Of a stretch of DNA of 64,000 nucleotides, positions 51,601 through 63,260 are shown one piece after another (the stretch's first letter is position 1; each line of letters begins with the position of its first letter). Origin of the DNA: Squalus acanthias (lineage: Eukaryota). A program made the position numbers and the translations under genes. The stretch lies in the NCBI GenBank assembly GCA_030390025.1, contig JASTWF010000033.1, positions 5,210,001 to 5,274,000 on the forward strand, written 5' to 3'. A model generated the notes under the pieces. It was given only the letters and a program-made list of their open reading frames with translations, made no database searches and was not told the origin of the DNA.

Positions 51601-54500
51601 GTCACCACCAGTAATGTTACAGTAGATTAACCACTAGTAATGTTAGAGTAGAGTCACCACCAATAATATTTGAGTAGGTTCACCACCAGTAATGTTAGAG
51701 TAGAGTCAAAACCAGTAATGTTAGAGTAGGGTCACCACCAGTAATGTTAGAGTAGGATCACCACCAGTAATGTTAGAGTTATGTCGCCACCAGTAATGTT
51801 AGAGTAAGGTCATCACCAGTAATGTTAGAGGAGGTTCTCCACCAGTAATGTTAGAGTAGGGTCACCACCAGTAAGGTTAGAGTAGGATCACCAGCAGTAA
51901 TGTTAGAGTAGACTCACCACCAGTAATATTTGAGTAGGTTCACCAGCAGTAAAGTTGGTGTAGGGTTACCACCAGTAATGTTAGAGTAGGGTCACCACCA
52001 GTAATATTAGAGTAGGGTCAACACCTGTAATGTTAGAGTAGGGTCACCAGCAGTAATGTTAGAGTGAGTCACCAACAGTAATGTTAGAGTAGGGTCACCA
52101 CCAGCAATGTTAGAGTAGAGTCACCACCAGTAATGTTAGAATAGGGTCACCACCAGTAATGTTAGAGTAGGGTCACCACCAGTAATGTGTGAGTAGGGTC
52201 ACCACCAGTAATGCTATAGTAGATGCACCACCAGTAATGTTACAGTCGAGTCACCACCAGTAATGTTAGAGTAGGTTCACCACCAGTAATGTTAGAGTAG
52301 GGTCACCACCAGTACTGTTAGAGTAGGATCACCACCAGTAATGTTAGAGTTATGTCGCCACCAGTAATGTTACAGTAAGGTCACCACCAGTAATGTTAGA
52401 GGAGGTTTTCCACCAGTAATGTTAGAGTTAGGTCACCACCAGTAAGTTTAGAGTAGGGTCACCAGCAGTAATGTTAGAGTAGACTCACCACCAGTAATAT
52501 TTGAGTAGGTTCACCAGCAGTAAAGTTGATGTAGGGTTACCACCAGTAATGTTAGAGTAGGGTCACTACCAGTAATGTTGGGGTAGGGTTACCACCAGTA
52601 ATATTTGAGTACTGTCACCAGCAGTAATGTTAGAGTATGGTCACCACCAGTAATGTTAGAGTAGGGTCACCACCACTAATATTAGATTATGGTCACCATC
52701 AGTAATTTTAGAGTATGGTCACCGCCAGTAATGTTAGAGTGAGTCAACAACAGTAATGTTAGAGTAGGTTCATCACCAGTAATGTTAGAGTATGGTCTCC
52801 ACCAGTAACGTTAGAGTATGGTCTCCACCAGTAATGTTAGAGTAGGGTCTCCACCAGTAATATTTGAGTACTGTCACCAGCAGTAATGTTAGAGTATGGT
52901 CAGCAACAGTAATGTTAGAATAGGGTCACCACTATTAATGTTAGAGTTGGGTCACCGCCAGTAATGTTAGAGTGAGTCACCACCAGTAATGTTAGAGTAG
53001 GTTCATCACCAGTAATGTTAGAGTATGGTCTCCACCAGTAATGTTAGAGTTGTGTCACCAGCAGTAATGTTAGAGTAGGTTCACCAGAATTAATGTTAGA
53101 GTAGGGTCACCACCAGTAATGTTACAGTAGAGTCACCACTAGTAATGTTAGAGTAGAGTCACCACCAGTAATATTTGAGTAGGTTCACCACCAGTAATGT
53201 TAGAGTAGAGTCAAAACCAGTAATGTTAGAGCAGGGTCACCACCAGTAATGTTAGAGTAGGATCACCACCAGTAATGTTAGAGTTATGTCGCCACCAGTA
53301 ATGTTAGAGTAAGGTCACGACCAGTAATGTTAGAGGAGGTTCTCCACCAGTAATGTTAGAGTAGACTCACCACCAGTAATATTTGAGTAGGTTCACCAGC
53401 ATTAAAGTTGGTGTAGGGTTACCACCAGTAATGTTAGAGTAGGGTCACCACCAGTAATATTAGAGTAGGGTCACCACCTGTAATGTTAGAGTAGGGTCAC
53501 CACTAGTAATATTAGAGTAGGGTCACCAGCATTAATGTTAGAGTGAGTCACCAACAGTAATGTTAGAGTAGGGTCACCAGCAGTAATGTTAGAGTAGAGT
53601 CACCACCAGTAATGTTTGAGTAGGGTCACCACCAGTAATGCTATAGTAGAGTCACCACCAGTAATGTTAGAGTAGGTTCACCACCAGTAATGTTAGAGTA
53701 GGGTCACCACCAGTAATGTTAGAGTAGGATCACCACCAGTAATGTTAGAGTTATGTCGCCACCAGTAATGTTAGAGTAAGGTCACCACCAGTAATGTTAG
53801 AGGAGGTTCTCCACCAGTAATGTTAGAGTTAGGTCACCACCAGTAAGTTTAGAGTAGGGTCACCAGCAGTAATGTTAGAGTAGACTCACCACCAGTAATA
53901 TTTGAGTAGGTTCACCAGCAGTAAAGTTGTTGTAGGGTTACCACCAGTAATGTTAGAGTAGGGTCACTACCAGTAATGTTGTGGTAGGGTCACCACCAGT
54001 AATATTTCAGTACTGTCACCAGCAGTAATGTTAGAGTATGGTCACCACCAGTAATGTTAGAGTAGGGTCACCACCACTAATATTAGAATATGGTCACCAC
54101 CAGTAATTTTAGAGTATGGTCACCGCCAGTAATGTTAGAGTGAGTCAACAACAGTAATGTTAGAGTAGGTTCATCACCAGTAATGTTAGAGTATGGTCTC
54201 CACCAGTAATGTTAGGGTATGGTCTCCACCAGTAATGTTAGAGTAGGGTCTCCACCAGTAATATTTGAGTACTGTCACCAGCTGTAATGTTAGTGTATGG
54301 ACACCACCAGTAATGTTAGAATAGGGTCACCACTATTAATGTTAGAGTTGGGTCACCGCCAGTAATGTTAGAGTGAGTCACCACCAGTAATGTTAGAGTA
54401 GGTTCATCACCAGTAATGTTAGAGTATGGTCTCCACCAGTAATGTTAGAGTTGTGTCACCAGCAGTATTGTTAGAGTAGGGTCACCACCAGTAATGTTAG
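18674..54500. repeat. 26-bp tandem satellite, consensus CAGTAATGTTAGAGTAGGGTCACCAC, about 1380 copies (35.8 kb), with higher-order duplications
   Basis: Uninterrupted head-to-tail monomers with recurrent variants, including 24-, 25- and 27-bp units. The ORF track shows no ORF of 60 aa or more here. Confidence 0.98.
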
Positions 54501-54821
54501 GACCAAATCATCGTCAGTCATGTTAGAGCTGGTACATCATCATTCATCATCACAGTACAAAACAAATCGTTATACAATGGATGAGTGACGTTTTCACCAA
54601 ATTAACTTGTGACTTCAAGAACCTAATGCAGTGTCCGGGAGTGATGTTGCCTTCAGTTTTCACCAGAGATTCGCAGAGCACATTCCCTCTGGGATTACTT
54701 TCCGTTCATTTATTTTAATGGACGGAGTTTCATTGACTAAGTTGTACAATTTCCCCAGTGGTGGCCGGGGCGTACTGAAGGGGAAAATCGCCCCTTGTTT
54801 GTTAAGCGACTGTAACTAACG

Positions 54822-54873
54822 CCAATTATTGTGTAACATGACTTTCTCACAGGGGCAGCGGCGGTCCTATAAA
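54822..54873 (+). promoter_or_regulatory. Putative GPCR promoter: CCAAT (54822) and TATAAA (54868)
   Basis: TATAAA lies 85 bp upstream of ATG 54953, with CCAAT 46 bp further upstream. Confidence 0.55.
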
Positions 54874-54952
54874 GGGGGAACATTTACGGATCTCCGATTG
54901 ACTCTAGTCGGAACCGTAAAGCCGCTCAATCTTCACACAAATCTGCAAAACA

Positions 54953-56667
54953 ATGGAACGGCCAGCAATTCTACAGATAAAGGACATTTACTATCATTTT
55001 CTCGCAGCCTTTGGCGTTCCCGGTAAGTCAATGTATCCTGTTGCCTAATAGCTGTTGACTATCTCAGTGTTAATGCAACATATTCCGAGAATGTCCTCAT
55101 TGCAGATTCATTCATCCACCGGGATCAGTCGCTGAATATCAGCGGGAATCCTACCAGACCGCGCGGCCGCTGTTCTGATGGGCAGATCGTTTAACCGGGC
55201 GCTCAACCTTCCTCCCTATACTGAGTGAGGGCGAGGCTAATTCCCCGGGCTCTCCAACCGTGCATAGATCAATAAAGAACGTGTTGCTCACTGTCTATAA
55301 TATACAACTCATTTGTGCCTTTGTTCCCTGTCTATATTAATGTGATAATTCCTCGGACTGCAGCCACCTCCACCCAACAGGGGACTTTGAAAGACATTTT
55401 GAGAAATAATTTCCACTCAAGAAGATGCTCCCCTCCCCTCGGCAGAATTTGGACATAGATTAAACGTTGTTGTCTCAGCTAAATGTTTCATTTGAATTAT
55501 ATCTTTCCATTAATTGCCGTGAAATAATATTTAAATTTGACAAAGACTGAGTGAAGTTTGCTGGAAGGATGATGGATTTTCAGTCCTTCTATATTGAATG
55601 TCCAATGAATAATTTATGTTAAACAAAATACATTAACCCTCGCCTATATTCATGATAACAATCCGTGTGCATAACCCTAAGTAGGGACACATCTGAACAT
55701 TTCCCCACAATATGCTGTGAGATTTATCTGAGTGACCCCGTTACTGACCTCTTGTCCCTCTTTCTCACAGCGAACCTACTGACAATCGTGATTCTCTGCA
55801 GAGGAAACTGCGGCCTTTCCAAATGTATCTCTGTCTACATGGTGGCCATGGCAACAGCAGATCTACTGGTCATGATAATCAATATATTACTGAACCGCAT
55901 TTTACGTTCTCACTTTCCACAGTCCTTCCTGTCCTACACTGTCGTTTGCAAGATCATTATGTATGTGCAATGTGTCGCCCTGTATTTGTCGGTGTGGTTT
56001 ACAGTCTCGTTCACATTTGACCGATTTGTAGCTATATGTTGTGAGAAGTTTAAAACCAAGTATTGCACAGTAAGAACTGCGGCCGCGGTTGTAACAGCGG
56101 TCTCTGTCCTGATCTGTTTACAGAGCCTCCCTTTTCCGTTTGCATATGAACCTGAGGGAATAATTAACAATGTTCACTGGGGTTGCCGCGCCAGTGGAGT
56201 TTTTTTCATCGGCTGCAGGTGCCGCTTACTACTGGTTAGAAAGTATTTTCATTGCTTGGCTTGCATTTGCTTTGATATTACTGTTTAATTGCTTGACAGT
56301 CAGACGTATTTTAATGGCCAGCAGAGCCCGCAGGAAACTCCGGGGTCACAGCAGTGAGAATCAGAGCGATCCAGAGATGGAGAACCGAAGGAAATCCATC
56401 ATTTTACTGTGCAGTGTATCGGGCAGTTTTATACTATTGTGGCTGACAACTGTTGTTAGTTATTTAACTACCGGACTGTCAACCACCGCGTTTTACCGAG
56501 GCGATTTTACAGCCCCCGCATACATCGCCACTGAAACCGGATATATGCTCAAGTATTTGAGCTCCTGTACAAACACGTGCATTTATGCAGCTACACAAAC
56601 TAAATTCAGGGCAGAACTGAAGAAGCTGCTGAAATCTCCTTGGAAGTTTATTGTTTTTCAAAAATGA
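54953..56667 (+). pseudogene. GPR139/GPR142-like class A GPCR; exons 54953-55022 and 55771-56667; one frameshift at about 56194-56206 (pseudogene or assembly error); about 321 aa if repaired
   Basis: Exon 1 is MERPAILQIKDIYYHFLAAFGVP + G|GTAAGT. The acceptor TTTCTCACAG| gives ANLLTIVILCRGNCGLSKCISVYMVAMATADLL. TM3 FTFDRFVAIC, ICL3 DPEMENRRKSIILL and TM7 SSCTNTCIY are present. AATAAA at 56767. Confidence 0.88.
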
Positions 56668-57259
56668 AAAAAAAACGGAAACTTCCTGTCCAAACTAGAG
56701 TTAAATTACAACTACCTTTTAGAACGGCCGTCTTCTGTTAGGACGGAAAGGGTTTATTGTTGTTAAAATAAACAGGTATCAGAAAAAAAATTCCGTGACA
56801 TTCTGCCGTGTGTTTGATGTCTGCTGCTTTCCCCGTGTGAACAGAATCGTTTTTTTCTAAAACAGCGCCCTTCCCGCTCAAGATTCAGAAAGAACAGTCA
56901 TAACTGAGCTTCAGCAGTGGAGTAGAACATGTGGGCGTCAGCGTTAACTGCCTCACACAACAGGCAAAGGAATGAGATGCTCAGTTTAATTAACAGGTAA
57001 TGTTTCATTTAGTGTAGTAACAATGTGTTACAATGGTGGTTATCTGTAATTCTGTAATCTTGGTGTGAATGTTGCAGGCGCTGATCTCCCCATCAGACAC
57101 CGCCTCCCATTGTCTCCTGGACTAATAGAACGGGGCCCTGTCTCCTGATCAGTGTCTGATGATGGAGACAGTAGGAACTTGACTCGTCAATGTGACATTA
57201 GACAACTTTGTTCACAAATATTTACTGAAAATCTCAACTGGTCATCACAATGTTGGAAT

Positions 57260-57585
57260 GTTATAACAGTCCATTCGTCCCAGCAGTCCTTGTTGGCGTT
57301 TACACTCCACCCCAGTAATTAGTTCCATCCACTTTACCCATCCGGTTTCAACATCACTTCAACCTATTTTTATTTTTCCATCTATATAATTTAATCTTCA
57401 ATACTGACAATTTCTGACTCCGTTATTTCCATCTCACAACTCTCCGTGTAAAGTGGCTCCGACTAACTTTAGTTATAAATCTCTAACATATATGTATCTC
57501 TGGCCGTTAGCCCTTGATCCCTCAACTATTGGAAGCAGTCTGCTTCTATCTATACTGTCAAGTCCCTTCTTAACTTAAATCACCT
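57260..57585 (-). mobile_element. Highly decayed CR1-type LINE 3' fragment
   Basis: Patches (CCATTCGTCCC, CACAACTCTCCGTGTAAAG, TCTATCTATACTGTCAAGTCCCTTC) resemble the CR1 3' ends at 62-64 kb and occur in the same order. Confidence 0.4.
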
Positions 57586-59319
57586 GGGTACCACTCGCCA
57601 AAATATATCAATCTGCTGTCAAAGCACAATCTAGTGAAAGTCAGGTAAGTTTAGTTAAGATGGATAATTGATAAGATTTTCTTGGAAATGGCTGTGTCCT
57701 TTTTAAAACTGAACGAAGGAAGTTTGTATTTGATAGCTAGTCACTATCCAAAAACATCAGGACCATGCAGGGGGAGATTGTAATCAAACACCTCCATGCC
57801 CTGGTCGTTCGATATGATAGCCAGAAAGGAGAGGGATGGCTTGTATTGGATGGCTCGCGCGGCATAATCTTTGGAATCGCTGTGTGTGCAGAAGTGACAT
57901 GCCGTACATAAAGCAACCAGCATGTGAAATACTTGATGAAGAATGGATCCCAAGACATGGTCAGTCACACTGATAACACCACTACATGAAATGTTTAATC
58001 TGGCTCTGGAGAGTGAGAACATATGCAAAAAAACAGGTACAGAGAACTGTACCATAGAATAGGTCGAGATAGATATACGATGCTGGTAAAAAATTGTTTA
58101 CAATTGACCATAAATATTCTAACGCCAACAAAGGATGCAATGTAAGGAAATGGTTAATCAAACCACCCGAAATTCTTCTAATGCTATGCTGTATTGGTTT
58201 GTCTTTCTATTGTAGCAATGTTAATCTTTAGCCTTTTCCTGTTATGCAGGGACGTATAAATCTACTTAAAGTACCATGGCTGTTGGGCCAGCGCTGACGC
58301 TGCAGCAATGGTCAGTTTCAGGATGAAGTCATAAGCGATTTAATTAAACTCATGACATTGCAAACAGATTCATCAATTTCAGGGAACGTTAATCATTTAG
58401 TGTGGGAAGACAGTACTGCAAAGCAAAACATCCGGGCATCCATCATCATTTTGAATTAGTACATTAGATACAGAAACAAAGACGAACTTATTACTAAATG
58501 ATTCAATTGGTACAATTGCAATTATATGAATCAAGAGTGAAACTATCGATCAGATATGTCAATTAAATTATCTTTCTATGGATTTTTATTTTAAATTTGA
58601 AGTAATCTCGTAATGCAGGATTGTGTGGATTGTCAAGTACAGGGATTGAGAAAAATGCATGAAAACTGGCAGTTTTATTGAATATTGGTTTGGTAAAGGC
58701 CTAAGCAACTCAGAACTGTGACAAGTTTGGGTCTCCACCCAATCAATATCAGGTGTGTGTCTAATGTCTACCTTGTAAATGTATACTTAAATAAAATTGC
58801 GTGTATTATGTGCCGAATAAATCTATGGCACTTCACTCCAATGTTCAGGAACATCTTACGCTAATAAAAGCCTTTTTACTTTAATTGTGAATGGGCTTCA
58901 TTTATTAACTGTGTTTAAGTGTCCGCTTTACCCGTCACTCTTTAACGTTCCTCTTGTATCTGACGTTATCCAAAAGCCAAAATGCAATTGATTGCAGGTC
59001 CCCGGGCTCTGCCAATCCGGATGGCATCCAACTTCTGGGGAACTTGCTCATTAGATGCGGACAGTTCTGTGAAAGAATCACATACACATTTATCTCGATT
59101 CAGACGACCCACAATATTTAAGGCAGGAGTCAGGCAGCAGGCGGAGGTTTTAATTCCATCAGTCAGCGATGTTCAGAACCCAGCTACAATCCTGAGAAGA
59201 CGACCTGCAATCAACCGCATCATTCGAACTCAACAGATAAAATAGGATGCAAAGGCATGAATAATTAACCATTACATTACCGGGTCACATTCAATCTCAT
59301 GTGGTTGTGTTTCCCCGTC

Positions 59320-59970
59320 CCCTGATTCTATTTAAAATGTTTTGATACTCCCTTTGAGTTTCTCTATTTCTAATTAAACAGTTGATGTGTTTCCTTGACA
59401 TTCCTTTCCCTCTATTTGTTATTAAACAGTAACTGTGCTCCCCTGTCAAGTAATTCTATATACATGGGTACTATGTTCTTGCGCCAAATTTCTAATTAAA
59501 CAGTTGCTGTGTTTCCCTGACATTCCCGTCTCCTCTATTTCTAAATAAAGAGTTACTGTCTCGCTAGTCCCCTATTTCTAAATAAACAGTCACTGTGTTA
59601 CACCATGTCTCATTTAATTATATTTCTAATTAGACAGTTCGTTGATTCCCCTGAATTTCCTTGTCCTCTATTTCTAATTGAACAGTTGCTACCTTCCCCT
59701 GTCCCCTACTTGTAAATGAAGTGTTATTGTGTTCCGCTGGTCGCTATTTCTAATATCAGTTGCCATATTCCACTGTCCTCTATTTCTAATTAAACCATCA
59801 CTGTGTTCCTCTATATTCCCTTTAGTCTATTTCTAATTAACAGTTAATTTATTGCACTTAATTTTCCTGTTCTCTATTTCTAATTAAACATTTTCAGTGT
59901 TCCCCTGAATACTCCTTTATTCTAATTCTAATTTTGCTGCCCGTGTTCCCCTGAACTCCCCTGACCTCTA
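59320..59970. repeat. Degenerate minisatellite with core CTCTATTTCTAATTAAACAGTTGCTGTGTTCCCCTG, units about 35-46 bp
   Basis: The TATTTCTAA(T/A)TAAAC core recurs more than 10 times. Confidence 0.8.
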
Positions 59971-60739
59971 GATTTAATATAAAGATTAGCAAGGAAGCCT
60001 GTTCCATAGATAGACAGTCGCTCGCTGAAATAATGTTTCCAGAGATTAGTTTTGCATTTAGTTCTTCAATCTCAGGCCGTGTCCTCTGGTTCCCCTGTTG
60101 TGGACAAGTTGAAACAGCTCATCATGGTCCACCTTATCTTAGTGGATTAAGAACAGCGTCTCACTTATATTCAGGTCCCGGAAATTCCTGTAACCTTTGT
60201 ATGTTTGTCATAGGATTGTTAATACGAAAAGTACAAGTAAACTGCTGGTGTTGGGGTCAACTACAATACATCAGTTTAAGTTGTTTACATTATATTTTAA
60301 TTCAGAATCTAACAGCCTATGTCTTTGGCCTCTATATCATCCAATGCCGACTTGTCCTGTTACTAGAATTTCACTATGAAATCTCACTTACAAACATTCT
60401 ACTTCACTACATAGTCGCTAAAAAATAAACGCTGTGAGTGTCCCGCATGATCCCATTGGATTTACTGAGGTCCGAACCGCCAGTAAAGATCGCACCTACT
60501 TGGTGCCTCCGTACATTCGAAGACTCGCGCTCCTGGGTCTGCAGGCCTACGCCTGAGTAAAGGCCCACATATCCCAGGGGCACATGCGGTTCATAACCGT
60601 CCCTGGGATCATGTGGGCCGGCCCAACCAATCACAAAGGGGGGTCGCTATTTCTAATATCAGTTGCCATGTTCCACTGTCCTCAGAAAAAATCATTCTTT
60701 AACACAATGTTTTTAGAAAAAACACTGACTTATCTTTCT

Positions 60740-61300
60740 GAGGTCCAAAGTGGATGATCAGACACTTCCCCACATTGAAAACCATTAATCACAGATTTCC
60801 CACTCACATAATCCATCAATGTCCTTTTACAATTCACTGCTCCCACCTACACTGCTTACTGTGCTCCCAACTTAGTGCCATCAGTAAACTTGGATATCCG
60901 GATCCCTATTCCTTCATCGAAGTCATTTATCAATATAGAGAAAATTTGAGGGCGCAGTACAGATCCCAGGGGACACCACTAGTCACATCCTGCCAATTGG
61001 AGCACATTCCCATTATCCATACTCTGTGCCTCCTACCTCCTAACCAATTCCCTACCCGTGTCAATACGTCGCCTCAAATTCCATGCGCTTTGGTTTTTGC
61101 TAACAGTCTCTTGTGAGGAACCTTCTCAAATGCCTGCTGGATGTCGTTATATTAAATCTAGTATATCCCTCCGGGTGTTTTAGTTTTCGTATTCTCCATT
61201 TCTCTATTAGTTTTTCCTTTCCTCTACTTTGAAGACCGACACAAAGCAATTGTTTAACATGTCTGCCATTTCTTTATTTTCAACTACAATGTCGCCTGCG
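60740..61300 (-). mobile_element. Old CR1-type LINE fragment, reverse transcriptase region, with internal deletions
   Basis: The minus strand reads NKEMADMLNNCFVSVF, DIQQAFEKVPHKRLL, WQDVTSGVP and SKFTDGTKLG (compare DFQKAFDKVPH, SGVPQG, SKFADDTKLG), with stops and frameshifts. Confidence 0.8.
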
Positions 61301-62022
61301 TCTGTTTTTAAGGTGCCCGCATTATCCTGAGCCTCTCTGTGAGACCGTGAATAATTATGTTAATGTCCCATCATTTTTTTGCAGACTGAACGAAATGCTC
61401 ATATGTTTGACGAGTGACAGTGAAAATGTAATAGCTTTACTGCTCTGCATGAACATTGAACCTTCCCGTTTTGTGCACTGTATTGTAAGAGTTTGGTTTA
61501 AAATATTCAGTAAGTATGAAACCTGGAATCTGCTGCAGCCGTTGTTAAATTTAAAAGGATGTCGCCCCTTTCACACGAGAAGAAACGTTCATGAGGAGCA
61601 AGTTCCCACAAATTGTTTCCGCCCGGGGTTTCCCCATTGAGGCCCAAAGAAAGTTTCCCTCACTCCGGTATCTGTAAATGCTGCTAGAAGGCTGAGTGAC
61701 CCGCATATAATCGCCCCGCCTTTTCGGAAGCCTTTGTTGGGTGTACGGGGAGATTTGGTCCGGGCCGTTGCAGCTTGCATTCCAGGGATGGACAGTAACC
61801 ATTGACTGAGGCTGCATCCGCCGCTTTCCACAGGCAGCGGGTGATTGGAGAGTGCGGGGCCGGAATGTTGCTGCTTGTCCCGGCCTCACTCACTCTGGAG
61901 CTGGGGAAGAGCGAATCATTGATGGGCTTGTTTCCGGCTTTGAAATGCGGCTTAGAACTGCTGCTGTTGACCGAGGCAGCGCTGCAGGATCTTTGAATCA
62001 TCTAGAACATAGAACATAGAAC

Positions 62023-62812
62023 ATAGAACAGCACAGTACAGGCCCTTCGGCCCTCGATGTTGTGCCGAGCATTGTCCGAGACCAAGAGCAAGCTATCACA
62101 CTCCCTAGCACTCTGGTGTGCTCCATGTGCTTATCCAATAACCGCTTGAATGTTCCTAAAGTGTCCGACTCCACCATCACAGCAGGCAGTCCATTCCACA
62201 CCCCAACCACTCTCTGAGTAAAGAATCTACCTCGGATATCCCTTCTATATCTCCCCCCATGCACCTTATAGTTATGCCCCCTTGTAAGAGCTGCCTCTAC
62301 CCGAGGAAATAGTCTCTGAACATCCACTCTATCTATCCCCCTCATCATCTTATAAACCTCTATTAAGTCGCCTCTCATCCTCCTCCGCTCTGAAGAGAAA
62401 AGCCCCAACTCCCTCAATCTTTCCTCATAAGACCTCCCCCCCAAACCAGGCAGCATCCTGGTAAATCTCCTTTGCGCTCTTTCCAATGCTTCCACGTCCT
62501 TCCTATAGTGAGGTGCCCAGAACTGCACACAATATTCCAAATGTGGTCTCACCAAGGTCCTGTACAGTTGCAGCATAACCTCACGGTTCTTAAACTCAAA
62601 CCCTCTGTTAATAAACGCCAACACACCATAGGCCTTCTTTACTGCTCTATCCACTTGAGTGGCAACCTTCAGAGATCTGTGGATATGAACCCCCAGATCC
62701 CGCTGCTCCTCCACGTTCCTCAGAACCCTGCCGTTGACCCTGTAATCCTTATTCAAATTTGCCCTACCAAAATGAATCACCTCGCACTTATCAGGGTTAA
62801 ATTCCATCTACC
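62023..62812 (-). mobile_element. 5'-truncated CR1-type LINE with (TTCTATG)n tail
   Basis: ORF MEFNPDKCEVIHFG...RDLGV...LVRPHLEYCVQFWAP...RRMRGDLIEVYK; tail AGAACAT repeats at about 62024-62050. Confidence 0.93.
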
Positions 62813-62907
62813 CTATCTCTCACAATTCAACTGATATCAGCCGGAATGTGCAGCTTTGAGAGGGGCTTTCTGCACCGTCAGTACTGTTGACGGCAGCGAG
62901 TGAGAGA

Positions 62908-63260
62908 GCATCGGAACATCGGAACAGGAGGAGGCCATTCAGCCCCTTGAGCCTGCTCCGCCATTCCAAGAGATCAAGGCTGATCTGCGACCTAACTCTA
63001 TACATCCGCCTTTCATATCGCTTCATACCTTTATTTAACAAAAAACTATCAATCTCAGATTTAAACTTTGCAATTGATCTAGCATCAATTGCAATTTCCG
63101 GAAGAGAGTTCCAAAATTCTACCACCCTTTGTGTGTAGAAGTGTGTCCTAATTTCACTCCTGAAATGTCTGTCTCTAATTTTGAGACTATGCCCCCTGCT
63201 CCTAGTATCGCCAAATAGCAAAAATAGTTTCTCGCTATCTACCCTATCTGTTCCCCTTAA
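62908..63260 (-). mobile_element. Short 5'-truncated CR1-type LINE with (GATGTTCC)-type tail
   Basis: LRGTDRVDSEKLF...SRGHSLKIR...FYTQRVVEFWNSLP; tail CATCGGAACATCGGAAC. Confidence 0.88.

Noticed and set aside
18674..54500. CRISPR-like array or telomeric repeat
   Set aside because: Monomers are contiguous with no unique spacers and no cas genes. TTAGAGTAGGG only loosely resembles TTAGGG and there is no (TTAGGG)n tract.
18674..54500. Chi-like ACTGGTGG on the minus strand, and a 13/14 match of a monomer variant to the CR1 RT segment at about 60970
   Set aside because: The matches are too short to exceed chance, and there is no flanking homology.
55665..55770. N-terminal extension MCITLSRDTSEHF... 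of the GPCR ORF
   Set aside because: This is intron sequence. A pyrimidine tract and AG at 55769-55770 splice in phase to the real exon 1 at 54953-55022.
57085..57170. Inverted repeat CATCAGACAC / GTGTCTGATG
   Set aside because: Only about 10 bp of perfect pairing, with no TSD or other support.
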